Source: Mytilus californianus
Lineage: Eukaryota
Direction of reading: 5' to 3'
Length of the DNA stretch: 64,000 nt
Assembly: GCF_021869535.1 (NCBI RefSeq)
Contig: NW_026262581.1
Coordinates: forward strand, 95,976,001 to 96,040,000
A program made the position numbers and the translations under genes. Below, one piece after another: positions 10,101 to 20,980 of this stretch. Numbering within the stretch: position 1 is the stretch's first letter; each line of letters starts with the position of its first letter. The notes below the pieces were generated by a model, which saw nothing but the letters and a program-made list of their open reading frames with translations, made no database searches and was not told where the DNA came from.

Positions 10101-12394
10101 CTTTGCTGCCGAAACGTACATAAATATTATCAAGGAGAAAATTAACAGCTTCAATAATCTCATCACACCTCCAGTAAGTATATCTAGCATATTTACCTTT
10201 CTCATTAGAGAAGAATACTTGATTGTTCAGTGACTTTGATTATGCCAATTGACCGTCGGCCTTAATTTGGTTGAACATGTTGCAGTCTGTATGATTTTGT
10301 GAAATTTCGCAAATATCTCCATTTTTGACCTATTTGGGATGTAAAAATCAACACTTTATAATAAAAATTAGACAAAAAATAGTTCTATTTTATTTTCTCA
10401 CATGTCTTTTCTTCAACTTAAAACATTTTTTATCTGAAAACATTGAACCAAGGATTTAAGCGGTGCTTAAAAGTGGCGTTAAAACACAAAAAAAATCAAA
10501 AAATCAAATCTTTCTTTTCCCCTCAGGTGTCCATCTTAGGGCAACTCTGGTCAAGTCCTCTGCTGGTCTTCTAAACATGGCCAATCCATCTCCACCTTTT
10601 TTGCTTCAATAAAGTCTCCATGTTGTTGAATCCTGTTTTTTCATGGAGGTCTTTGTTGGTGATCTTACGTGGCCAGAATATCCTTAAGATCTTTCTACAT
10701 CATGTACATAGAGCACATGAATCAACAAAAAAGAACTTTAACATAATTTTTGTTATGACATTTTACATATCAGACTTGAATATTTCAGAGTTCTTGAAAA
10801 GTGGTGGTTCGAAGGTTTTGACCACCAAAATTTTGCAAAAGACCTACACAATTTTTGCATTTTTCCTTTAGAAATAATGGCAAGGACCAGCAGATTTATT
10901 TCAATGACCACCAGGGAAAAAAAGATTCTGAGAACTCTGATATTTATTTTGTTCACTCTATGTTTCCTAGGCCTTAATTTGGTTGAACATGTTGCAGTCT
11001 GTATGATTTTGTGAAATTTCGCAAATATCTCCATTTTTGACCTATTTGGGATGTAAAAATCAACACTTTATAATAAAAATTAGACAAAAAATAGTTCTAT
11101 TTTATTTTCTCACATGTCTTTTCTTCAACTTAAAACATTTTTTATCTGAAAACATTGAACCAAGGATTTATGTAGTAAGATCCTTGATTGAAATTAATAA
11201 TCGGAAACCAAATATTGCTCTTACCATGCTTACCGAACTTTCTCCTTTCAGCAGTGTGAAAAATTTATATTATCTCCCTACACAGCCATACAGTCATTAT
11301 CATGAAAAAAAAATAATATAGTGTTTACTGCTTGCAATGTTATCAAATATTTCACTAAAACAAGTTTTTAAATAAATTAATTTTTAAAAAGTAGAAAATA
11401 GTAGAAGTATTCAAGAACACCTCAGGCCTAGAGCATGTAGAGTGCACTCAACTTTAGTGTCTCAGCACAGTTTTTTTAATTGTAAACAGGTAAAGTTAAT
11501 TCACTTTCCTTGAACAATAAATGGTTAAACATGGTCAAAGAAGAGAGTTATCTTTATTCAAAATTTTAACAAAAATCTCTGTAATCAATTGCGAGTGTTT
11601 TCTCTGGGGCACTTGTCTCTGAAAAACCCCCCATAAATATCTTAATATAACACAAGGTACCCAACTCCAAATTTTGAGAAATGACACTGTTGGGAAATTT
11701 TGTTATATTTCGATTCCCCAGTTGTCTATCCCACTGAAACTTGATATGTCGTAAATCTACATTAATATATACCATGAAGAAAATTCATTCACAGCATATA
11801 CCATGAAGAAAAATCATTCACAGCAATGATATTTAATGTTTCATTGCATATAATTGAAAATGGGGATTTTTTAGCAACTCCAGACAACATTTTTTTTACA
11901 GAAAACCCACAGCTAGGCACTTGTCTAAGAAAAAAAAATCATATATAACTTAATATAACACAAGCTACCCAACTTGGATTTTTTTTTAGGTTGTTTGGTG
12001 AAATTGATGGCTGAATTTTAGAGATGTAACAAACATTATGCAGGAAAAGTTTTCATACATATAGCAATATTTCTGGATAGATTCAATGCATACCACAGAA
12101 TGTCATGTGAAAAAATATTACAAACTCCTAGCACATATTTTTTTTATATCCATATTGATCAAAGCAATCATTACTTTTTGAGAATATCTGAAAGATTTTA
12201 CCCATCTTTCTTGGTTTATTTTGACACTTCATGTTGATATACTTTTAGTAATACGTTACTTTTATATTGAATCTGTTTATATTTTGTAGGAAAGAGTAGT
12301 TGAAGAGCCAAGACCTTCATCTAACACAAACCAACCTCAGCAATTACAGTCACATAGCAAAAAAAATAAAAAAGAGAAAAAGAAATTTCGATGA
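7164..12394 (+). CDS. MANBAL: MANBAL / UPF0239 small membrane protein, 77 aa, 2 coding exons
   Basis: Exon 7164-7292 reads MAIEIDEPTFVETILHYGLLLGAVFQLVCIFAVIFIPQSQNDQ (family motif EPTF.E..L.YGL.LGA.FQL.C), followed by a GTAAAC donor. Exon 12290-12394, after TTTTGTAG, reads ERVVEEPRPSSNTNQPQQLQSHSKKNKKEKKKFR* (basic tail). Phases match (0/0). Confidence 0.9.
8381..10240 (-). mobile_element. 5'-truncated Penelope-like retroelement (Naiad-type: RT ends the ORF, no C-terminal endonuclease) with 3' UTR and terminal repeats
   Basis: RT reads FLLDNIYVRFG..YRQVVGIPMGTNCAPLIADLFLY, RYLDDIF, CPFLDL, YDKRDDF and APSYGVYISQLIRYAR, with the stop at 9287. One frameshift (about 9990) and one TAA (9755). 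Duplicated ~125-bp unit at about 8620-8745 and 8795-8910. Confidence 0.85.
9126..9200 (-). promoter_or_regulatory. SECIS element (form 2) in the 3' UTR of the Penelope-like element
   Basis: Minus-strand RNA is UCUGACU-GUUU-AUGAC-GUCUUUACACU-AAA-UCCA-UUGGAUGU-UGGA-UGUGUACGGAU-UGAU-AAUUU-AGUC-UU-AGA. It has the AUGA/GA core, an 11-nt helix II (9 of 11 positions pair), the AAA bulge, apical helix UCCA/UGGA and helix I. It lies about 90 nt after the stop codon. Confidence 0.8.
10258..11170 (+). repeat. 201-bp identical direct repeat (10258-10458 and 10970-11170)
   Basis: The two copies read identically by eye at a constant 712-bp offset. Confidence 0.9.
10514..10702 (-). mobile_element. RTE-clade LINE ORF C-terminal fragment
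   Basis: Reads CRKILRIFWPRKITNKDLHEKTGFNNMETLLKQKRWRWIGHV, then a frameshift, then RRPAEDLTRVALRWTPEGKR, typical of the RTE C-terminus. Confidence 0.8.
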
Positions 12395-13007
12395 CAAATA
12401 GATTTTTAAATGCAAATCAGGAAGGTAAAAATGGTACATAGAATAGTTGCAATTGTATTGCTGAATGTTTTATAGAATTATTAGAATCATATTTTCTTAA
12501 GTTTATAGTTATTTTGACTTCTATTATTATTTAATAATCTGTAGTTTAAAATTTATGTAGTTTAAATATAAAAAAAGGGGGAGGGGTATGATTGCCAATA
12601 ACACAACTATCCATCAAAGTTCAAATGAGGTGGATGTAAGCAGACACATAAAGAATGTGGTGGGGTTAAACATTTTCGAAGGCGTCATCCCTCTTAAAAT
12701 TTATTTGAAATATTTTTTTTTTTTATATAAAACAGTTGTTTTCTATTGATTTTTGTATGAACTTGGAACAGTTTCTCTCATAATATTTTTCTTTGGTCTA
12801 TGATAAAACATACACATTTATCTCAGACCTCTCAATCTTGGTACTTTAAAGAGTTTTTATTGCTCAGCTGGTCTGTATATATTTAAAAATTATACAGAAA
12901 AGTCATCTTCAGCTCACTGAACTTCTCTATCTGTATATTTTCAAAATGGTATTCAGATTAATTTTGCCAAGAGTTCACTAGCCATATCAGTGAGGTCAAA
13001 GGATGAA

Positions 13008-14464
13008 TTTTTATACGACCGCAAAAAAATTTTGTGGTCGTATATTGGTATGACGTTGGCGTCATCGTTGTTGTCGTTGTCGTCGTCGGCGTCGTTGTTC
13101 CAAGAAACATTGGTTTTCGCACTCTAACTTTAGTTTAAGGGAATGGATCTCTATGAAATTGTACCATAAGGTTCAATACCACAAAAGGAAGGTTTGGATT
13201 GATTTTGGGGGTTATGGTACCAACAGTTAAGGAATTATAGGGGCTAAAAATAAGCATTTTTGTAACTTCCAGACATAACTTGTGTGTTAGTGTATGGATC
13301 TCTCTGACATTGTACCACAAGGTTTCATATCACAAAGGGAATGCTTGGATTGATTTTGGGGGTAATTGCCTCAAAATTTTAGGAATTAGGTACCAAAAAA
13401 GGGGCAAAAAACAAGCATTTTTCTAGTTTCATGACAATAACTTGTGTGTAAGTCTATAGATCTTTCTGAAATTGTACTACAAGGTTCCATATCACAAAGG
13501 AAAAGCTGGAATTGAGTTTGGGGGTAATTGCCCAAAATGTTTAGGAATAAGGGGCCAAAAATAAGCATTTTTCTAGTTTCCAGACAATAACTTGTGTTCA
13601 AGTGTATGGATCTCTCTGAAATTGTACTGCAAGGTTCATATCACAAAGGGAATGCTTGGATTGATTTTGGGGGTAATTGCCTCAAAATTTTAGGAATTAG
13701 GGGCAAAAAAAGGGGCAAAAAGCAAGCATTTTTCTAGTTTCATGACAATAACTTGTATGTAAGTCTATGGATCTTTCTGAAATTGTACTACAAGGTTCCA
13801 TATCACAAAGGGAAAGCTGGAATTGAGTTTGGGGGTAATTGCCCTAAACGTTTAGGAATAAGGGGCCGAAAATAAGCATTTTTCTAGTTTCTAGACAATA
13901 ACTTGTGTTCAAGTGTATAGATCTCTCTGAAATTGTACTGCAAGGTACCATACCACAAACGGAAGGCTGGGATTGATTTTGGGGGTAATTGCCTCAAAAT
14001 TTTAGGAATCAGGTACCAAAAAGGGGCAAAATACAAGCATTTTTCTAGTTTCAGGACAATAACTTGTGTGTAAGTGTATGGATCTTTATGAAATTGTACT
14101 ACAAGGTTCCATATCACAAAGGGAAAGCTGGGTTTGAGTTTGGGGGTAATTGCCCTAAATGTTTAGGAATTTGGGACAAAAAAGGGGCAAAAAAAAGCAT
14201 TTTTCTAGTTTCCAGACAATAACTTGTGTTCAAGTGTATGGATCTCTCTGAAATTGTACTGCAAGGTACCATACCACAAAGGGAAGGCTGGGATTGAGTT
14301 TCGGGGTGATGAATCATTAGAGGGTTCAAAAAATTTGGGGGGGGTTTGCTTTTTTTTTTCTTTAAAATTTTCCATTTTAAATTGGTTATTTCTGATTTAT
14401 ATATAAAAGCAAATAATAATGATATGGTTTGAATAGGTAAATTAAAAAAATTTAAGTTCTTAGA
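13008..14464 (+). mobile_element. Helentron-type non-autonomous element (HINE/DINE-1-like), 5' part, interrupted by the Gypsy insertion
   Basis: T-run, then subTIR ATACGACCGCA, partial inverted copy, (GTC)n microsatellite and a 150/161-bp tandem array. It resumes after the LTR at 23503, and an uninterrupted relative lies at 61785-62676. Confidence 0.8.
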
Positions 14465-15099
14465 TGAAGCGCCAACCGTTATTGTAAATGGTTTGGCAGA
14501 TATTATACAAATATCAATTAAAGTCAAAGTAATAAAACTGTTTTGAAGTCCAAACTTTGGATAATCAAGAAATAAGATTTGTTTAAATAAATAAAAGCAG
14601 CTTTATTAAAAGCTAATATCATTAACAATAGTTATTAATAAATCAATTAAATAGAATTGCAGTGTGTGCCAAAATACCTGAATAAATAATTCTGGGTCAC
14701 TGTCTGAAACTTAGCTGTTCGCCAGCGGCTATAATTTGAAACTGACTATACTTTTCTCTAAACGTTTGAAAGATCAAGTTAGTCAATACACCTAAAAATA
14801 GTACGCGTGTACACAATTGTGAAAGTAAACCAAAATGGCCTTTAACTTGACAAGTATGATTTTGGATAATTCTAACATTATAAAAGGATAACTATGGATA
14901 AAATAGGATGCATTAATAACTTCTGAATAAGGTAATTATGTTGTAACTATAGAAAATCATTCCGCATAACAAGCAAGTGTACAAAAGTGAAAATATGTAT
15001 GACCTAGTTTCGCGGAAAATATACACCGGGAAATACAAATGAAAAGCAATGAATGAAGGTTATTATTAAAAGAATACTGTAAATAATCGTGGCACAACA
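14465..15099 (-). repeat. 3' LTR (635 bp)
   Basis: Differs from the other LTR by 2 substitutions and 1 single-base indel on manual comparison. Confidence 0.95.
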
Positions 15100-15110
15100 C
15101 TGCTCCTCTC
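15100..15110 (-). other. Polypurine tract
   Basis: GAGAGGAGCAG on the minus strand immediately before the 3' LTR. Confidence 0.7.
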
Positions 15111-15275
15111 AAAGAAAAAAGAATTCTGTCCCTAGAATTGACATGAAATAAAATGAATATATATTCAAATTTCAACATAAGAAGCATACATATATAACAG
15201 TAAAACAATATACATGTATATATCACAATAAGTCTCATTCATTTTAAAAAGTTCAATATAATTAAAAAGTTCTTT

Positions 15276-15863
15276 CTATTTTCTTGATTCAATGACACAA
15301 ACAGAACTTCTGATCTTCTTAGAGGATTTGGGTTGATTCTCGGTTAATCTATTTTGGAGTTTTCTCACTTCTTCTTTAAGATCTGTCTTCCTCTTTTCCA
15401 GTCTCTCTATAAAATTCCCAAATCGAAGGCACTCAAATGTATGCTTTTCTTCTAAGACTTTAATTTGAATTTCATGTGTTGATTTCATTTCAACCAATTT
15501 ATTCTCTAATTCCAAAATTTGTTCATCTTTGGGGTCAATATTTACTTCCACAATTTCAATCTCCTCTTCTTCTTGTATAAATATTTTGTCATTTATACAT
15601 GTTGATTCAAATTCTGTAATGTCTTCACCCACAATCACCACATAAGGATTAATACTTTTCATACAAATATGTTCTTTGTTAACATGAGGTTTTTTAAGAT
15701 CCTTTAAATGTCTTTGCCATTTAGCATGGGAAATTGTTTTAAAGTTACAGGTTTTGCATACAAATGGGACTCGGTCAACCGAAGCATGTTTAATTATAAA
15801 ATGTTGAATTGTGTTTTTTGTATTTCCTCGGAAAGGACACTTCGAACATTGAAACAGTACCAT
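15276..15863 (-). CDS. Retrotransposon ORF3: two C2H2-like zinc fingers, acidic linker and coiled coil (195 aa)
   Basis: Motifs CSKC-x11-H-x4-H and CKTC-x12-H, then EEEEIEIVEV and heptad-rich LELENKLVEM...LEKRKTDLKEEVRKLQNRL. The ATG lies 4 nt after the acceptor-like TTTTATTCTTACAG. Confidence 0.8.
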   Translation of the reverse strand: MVLFQCSKCPFRGNTKNTIQHFIIKHASVDRVPFVCKTCNFKTISHAKWQRHLKDLKKPHVNKEHICMKSINPYVVIVGEDITEFESTCINDKIFIQEEEEIEIVEVNIDPKDEQILELENKLVEMKSTHEIQIKVLEEKHTFECLRFGNFIERLEKRKTDLKEEVRKLQNRLTENQPKSSKKIRSSVCVIESRK

Positions 15864-15990
15864 AATTCTGTAAGAATAAAATTAATCAATACTTAATACT
15901 TTATAAAATTAACAAGTCTTAAATATTATTTTTATACAGGAATAAATAAATACATGTATAAAATGTGTATGTTTACTCTTAACATAACAT

Positions 15991-18900
15991 TTATTCTAAT
16001 TGATTGAGTTTTCTATTAACCCAGTCTGGTATTTCACCTACATACGGTTTTAATTTATCTATATGAACAACTTCAGTTCTAGATTTAAAACAGATTTCAT
16101 AGACCACTGTGCTCAAAACTTTTGAAATAAAATAGGGACCAAGCCATGGGGATTTAAATTTTTGTTTTATAGTTTTGTCAAATTTATATACAAGATCTCC
16201 CTTTTTATATTTATGTTTTGTCAGTCTAGTGTCATGATTCTTTTTAAGTCGTTCTGCATTGGTCTTGAGATGTTTCCTGGCAATATGATACATATCTTGT
16301 AATCTATCTTGAAGATCTAGAGCATACTCATTTTGCCCTTCATATTTCTGGTCTGGCAGTGGATATATCAATTTTATTGGAATACTTATTTCTCGACCTA
16401 GCATTAAAAAATTAGGTGAGAAGCCTGTAGCAGGATGTGGTGTACTACGATAAGCTGCCAGTAGTAGATTGATGTTTACATCCCAGTCTGTAGCATTCTT
16501 GTTGATGAAACTTTTTATCATTCCTGCCAGGGTACGATTAAACCTCTCAATAAGCCCATTTGAGGCAGGATGGTAAGGTGTTGTCCGGGTCTTTGTTATT
16601 TCTAATATGCTACAGACAGCGTTAAACAGTTCACTCTGGAAATTACTGCCTTGGTCACTGTGCAGTTCTAGTGGTATTCCAAATCTCGTTATAAATTCCA
16701 TTACAAACTTATGTGCCACAATATCAGCCTTTTGATGTTGCAAAGGATAAACTTCCATCCATCGGGTGAAATTATCTCCTATTACCAATAAATATTTATT
16801 TCTCCTCTGTGTTTGTGGTAAAGGTCCAATTACATCAATACTAACTCTGTCTAAAGGGTAACCCACTCTATAATCAACCAACCCAGCTTTTGATTTTCTA
16901 CTTTTTCTTTTAGTACAAATTACACAATTTTCTATGTGTATTCTGACGTCTTTTGTCATTTGATACCATGTAAAATAATTTTTCATTTTCTGGACTGATT
17001 TCTTAATACCAAAATGACCAGAATATGCAGTATCGTGACAGCTGATTATTATTTCTCTCTTTATAACAGCTGGTACTAGAAGTTGTAAGTGATCTTGTTC
17101 ACTTTTAACTTCTCTCCATTTTTGGTATATTACTCCACCAATACGGACAATATTACTCCAATTCAGCCAATAATGTCTTACTGCTGGGCTGAAACTGGCA
17201 CATTTATCTCTATCTGGTGTTTCTTCTTCTTCATCCATCCATTTATGTAAAAAACTGTAATCTGGGTCTTCTTTCTGGAATGTACTCATCTCTTTTTCTG
17301 TGTATTTAGTTAGCCAACTGGAACAATGACTATGGCTTGACTGTGTTACATTCCTTATCATAGGTTTATCAGTTAAATTCTTTACATTATCAACCTTTTT
17401 TCTAAATTCTGACCATTCTTGTTTCCATTCAATACATTCAGTGCAACTGGAATCAAGATTTCCCTCTTTCAAATGTATACAAAGATCATTTTCATTAGAA
17501 TTTCTAGACATTGCATCAGCATTCAAATGTTTTGTACCTGGACGGTGTTGAATGTCAAAATTGTATTGACTAAGACTTTCAATCCATCGTGCTAACTGTC
17601 CCTGAGGGTCTTTAAATGCAAATATCCATCTTAATGATCCATGGTCTGTTCTCAGCAAAAATTTTCGTCCAAGTAAATAGTGCCGAAATTGCTGTATAAA
17701 TGTGACAACTGCAAGTAGTTCTCGTCTTGTGACACTATACCTCTGTTGTACCCTGTCTAGCTTCTTTGATGCATATGATATAACCTTTTCTTTGTTTTCT
17801 TGGATTTGAGACAGCACAGCGCCAATACCTATATTAGATGCATCTGTGTCCAATATAAACATTCCGTCTGATTGTGGGTATGCCAATATTGGTGATGTTG
17901 TCAGTGCGTTTTTCAATTTTTCAAAAGATTCTTGACAGGGATGTGTCCATTTAAAAAGTACATCTTTTCTGGTAAGATGACTGAGTGGAGCTGCAATGTC
18001 ACTGAATTTGAATATATACTGCCTGTAATAATTACATAGACCAAGGAATTGTTGAATCTCTTTTGCTGTTGATGGAACTTTCCAGCTATGTACGGACTGT
18101 ACTATCTTTGGATTTGGCTTTATTCCCTCTTTTCCTACCACATGGCCTAGGTATAATATTTCTTCTCTTAACAGATCACATTTAGATGGTTTAAGCTTGA
18201 GCCCTGCATTTATAAGTCTTGAAAAAACTTCATCTAGTCTTTTAAGATGTTCTTTTTCATCAGAACTAAAAATTATAATATCATCGAGATATATCAGGAG
18301 TGTTTGCCATTGAAGTCCTCTAAATATCAACTCCATGCACCTCTGGAAAGTGCTTGGGGCATTGCAGAGTCCAAAAGGCATCTTTGTATATTCATACAGG
18401 CCATACTTGGTAATAAATGCAGTCTTTGGTTGGTCTGATTCTTCTACCAGTAACTGCCAATAACCACTTTGAAGATCGAGACATGAAAATATGGACGCTG
18501 ACGCTAGACAATCAAGGCACATATCTATGCGAGGAATTGGGTAGGCATCTTTAATTGTAAGATCGTTGACTCTGCGAAAATCCACACACCAGCGCACAGA
18601 GTTGTCTTTCTTCCGAACAAGTACTACAGGTGAAGCCCATGCTGATTTTGATGGTTTGATAACTCCCGTCTTAAGTTGATCTTGTAAGTTCTCAAATTCT
18701 TCATTCTCAAATCCTATTGGTGTCCTTCTAAGTGGCTGTCTTACTGGTGCTGCACCAGCTGTGTCTATTCTATGCTTTATAAAGGAACATGTTCCAACAT
18801 CAGTTTTAGAACCAGCAAATGCCTTGCTGTTCTTGAGGAGCATATCTGAAAGCTTTCGTTTGGTCTCTTCATTTGCTATGTTTTTACTACTTCTTTCAAA

Positions 18901-20097
18901 TAAATCCTTAAGATGATCTGGTAATGCAGGAATTTTGGCCTCATTTCTGCATTTATCATCCATCTCCAAGGAATTTTCTGCTTTACATTTCCGAATGGTA
19001 CTATTCCAGTCATCAGGAATACCTACTGGTTCATCTGTAAGGCTCATATTCATCTTCAAATTGTGCAACTTGCAGATATTCTTGGTATTATCGTCCAAAG
19101 GTTTTGTACTGTTTTGGATGTCATCAAACTGTGTAATATTTGTAACTGGATGTAACTCTCCTATTAAATAATTTCTTTTCAACTGTACAGGGTGGTCCTC
19201 CATATTGACCAGTCTAACGGGGATGATTTTTTCAAAAGGGTCAACAAGGATTTGTGCAACCATAATTTTCCGATTATCCTCAACCACTGGTTGAAGCATG
19301 GTATATCTGGTATCTATAGCATCAGTATTATCACTCCCACCAAATAATATCATCTCAGAATTGGCTGGAACGGTTACATTTTCAGTTAAAACCACTCTTG
19401 CTATCATGTCTGACTTGCGGTTAACTTCACACTCAATCCATTTTCCATTCAGTTGAATTCCTTTTCTAGAGTTTACTGTTATATCCATTTCATCAAGGAC
19501 ATCACAGCCTAGCAACAAATCATCACCAATTGTTGCTACATATACATCCCAGACAAACTTTGAGTCTCCAAGTGTTAACGTCACTGCTGCTATACCTTTT
19601 GTTCCCAATTGCTTCCCTGCTTCGGCAACAACTAGTTTTTTCAGTGCTGGTTTCAACTTTGATCTGCTTGTTTTTGGAAGGTGGAAAAATATGTCTTCAT
19701 TTAAAACAGTAACTTCTGCTCCAGTATCAATTACAGCTTTTATTTTTTGATTACTGACTTCCATTGGTACCTTAATACTGGCTGCTGTTACGCGATCAAT
19801 TACAATTTCCTCTTTATTGTTAAATATCACGTCCTTTTCAGCACCTGTATCCTGACCACTATCACCATTTAAAGAGAGACCTTGGTCCTCCGGTATAGGC
19901 TCAGCAACAAAATCTGTATTTTCTTTCTTACTGGCAGAGTTCACCATTTGATTTTCAATCCCCATACCAAGAAACACACATTCAATGTTTCTATCTACTT
20001 GATCCTCATTTGTCTGGTTTATATCTACTAAGTCTGTTTTAATTTTGCAATTGCGGGCTGACACTTGGCCATTAGTCTCAGCCCGTTTTAGTTTAAC
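15991..20097 (-). CDS. Gypsy Pol polyprotein (PR, RT, RNase H, integrase), -1 frame relative to gag
   Basis: Uninterrupted ORF of more than 1350 aa. PR AVIDTGAE, RT CVDFR/YLDD, RH LDTDAS, INT zinc finger H-H-C-C plus IDVIGP/HSDQG/IERFNR, and a C-terminal WLGPY motif. Confidence 0.97.
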   Translation of the reverse strand, partial: VKLKRAETNGQVSARNCKIKTDLVDINQTNEDQVDRNIECVFLGMGIENQMVNSASKKENTDFVAEPIPEDQGLSLNGDSGQDTGAEKDVIFNNKEEIVIDRVTAASIKVPMEVSNQKIKAVIDTGAEVTVLNEDIFFHLPKTSRSKLKPALKKLVVAEAGKQLGTKGIAAVTLTLGDSKFVWDVYVATIGDDLLLGCDVLDEMDITVNSRKGIQLNGKWIECEVNRKSDMIARVVLTENVTVPANSEMILFGGSDNTDAIDTRYTMLQPVVEDNRKIMVAQILVDPFEKIIPVRLVNMEDHPVQLKRNYLIGELHPVTNITQFDDIQNSTKPLDDNTKNICKLHNLKMNMSLTDEPVGIPDDWNSTIRKCKAENSLEMDDKCRNEAKIPALPDHLKDLFERSSKNIANEETKRKLSDMLLKNSKAFAGSKTDVGTCSFIKHRIDTAGAAPVRQPLRRTPIGFENEEFENLQDQLKTGVIKPSKSAWASPVVLVRKKDNSVRWCVDFRRVNDLTIKDAYPIPRIDMCLDCLASASIFSCLDLQSGYWQLLVEESDQPKTAFITKYGLYEYTKMPFGLCNAPSTFQRCMELIFRGLQWQTLLIYLDDIIIFSSDEKEHLKRLDEVFSRLINAGLKLKPSKCDLLREEILYLGHVVGKEGIKPNPKIVQSVHSWKVPSTAKEIQQFLGLCNYYRQYIFKFSDIAAPLSHLTRKDVLFKWTHPCQESFEKLKNALTTSPILAYPQSDGMFILDTDASNIGIGAVLSQIQENKEKVISYASKKLDRVQQRYSVTRRELLAVVTFIQQFRHYLLGRKFLLRTDHGSLRWIFAFKDPQGQLARWIESLSQYNFDIQHRPGTKHLNADAMSRNSNENDLCIHLKEGNLDSSCTECIEWKQEWSEFRKKVDNVKNLTDKPMIRNVTQSSHSHCSSWLTKYTEKEMSTFQKEDPDYSFLHKWMDEEEETPDRDKCASFSPAVRHYWLNWSNIVRIGGVIYQKWREVKSEQDHLQLLVPAVIKREIIISCHDTAYSGHFGIKKSVQKMKNYFTWYQMTKDVRIHIENCVICTKRKSRKSKAGLVDYRVGYPLDRVSIDVIGPLPQTQRRNKYLLVIGDNFTRWMEVYPLQHQKADIVAHKFVMEFITRFGIPLELHSDQGSNFQSELFNAVCSILEITKTRTTPYHPASNGLIERFNRTLAGMIKSFINKNATDWDVNINLLLAAYRSTPHPATGFSPNFLMLGREISIPIKLIYPLPDQKYEGQNEYALDLQDRLQDMYHIARKHLKTNAERLKKNHDTRLTKHKYKKGDLVYKFDKTIKQKFKSPWLGPYFISKVLSTVVYEICFKSRTEVVHIDKLKPYVGEIPDWVNRKLNQLE
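20055..20097 (-). promoter_or_regulatory. Predicted -1 ribosomal frameshift signal (G UUA AAC plus stem-loop)
   Basis: GTTAAAC (20097-20091) directly before the gag TAA, a 6-nt spacer, then stem GGGCTGA-G-ACT-AATGGCCA-AGT-G-TCAGCCC (20084-20055). Confidence 0.8.
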
Positions 20098-20980
20098 GGA
20101 TTTCCGTCTGAAACCTGTCCTTGTGTCTGTTTCTGGTTAGGACATGACCTTGCATAATGTCCTTCTTCATTACATGCATAGCATCTTGTGTTGTTTTGCT
20201 TCTGGTTTTTGTCCTTGTTATGCCATCTTGAATTTTGACTGTTAAAATTCTTCTTAGGCTGGTATGTATTTGATGTTGGTAGTCTTGTGTTCATTATGTT
20301 CTCAATAGACTTGGTTACTTCAGTCGTGATACTTTCTTTCATCTCTCTACCAAACTGATTAAGACGCTCCTCTGTTACAAATCGTTTACCTCCAACTCGT
20401 CTCACTTCTATGTCATCAGACTGATCAGCATCAAAAGACGTTTCTTCTTCAATTTCAATTTGCCTTATTTGAGTTTTGCTTCTCAATCCATTTTTGCATG
20501 TAGTATGCCATGCTACAAGATTGATTGTTTCCTCCATAGTTTTAGGTCTTTTTGTCAATACATCATAGGCAATACTTTGATCATTTAATCCATTTAACAT
20601 ATGTTCAATTGAAATATTGTTGAAAAGTTGATTATCCATGCCTGGATATGCCTTCCTGACCATTGTCTGAATGCGAGCAGCATATTCATTTACTGACTCC
20701 TTGTAATTTTTTCTGGTAAATTGCAACTCTTTTCTGTAGGTTTCAGGCAGGTTGTTATCTCCAAATCTTCTTTCCATATCTTTGGATAAAAGTCTAAACG
20801 AGCTCCTTGTTTCATACGGTAGCTCTGATGCAAATTTTGCAGCTTCATCTTTAAGCACCAGTAATATTTCCTCAGCTTGACGTCTTGGGTCCCAATTATT
20901 TCTTTCAGCAATTATTTCAAATTGCATCTGAAATGTACTCCAGTCACTTCTTCCATTGTAGTCTTGAGTGATAACTATCT
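20088..20980 (-). CDS. Gag capsid and CCHC nucleocapsid segment
   Basis: Reads ITQDYNGRSDWSTFQMQFEIIAERNNW (capsid start motif) through to CYACNEEGHYARSC (CCHC knuckle). The frame opens just after a TGA near 21012; the start coordinate is approximate. Confidence 0.88.

Noticed and set aside
15276-15863. ORF3 as an envelope gene (errantivirus-like)
   Set aside because: It has no signal peptide, furin site or transmembrane helix; it has zinc fingers and a coiled coil instead.
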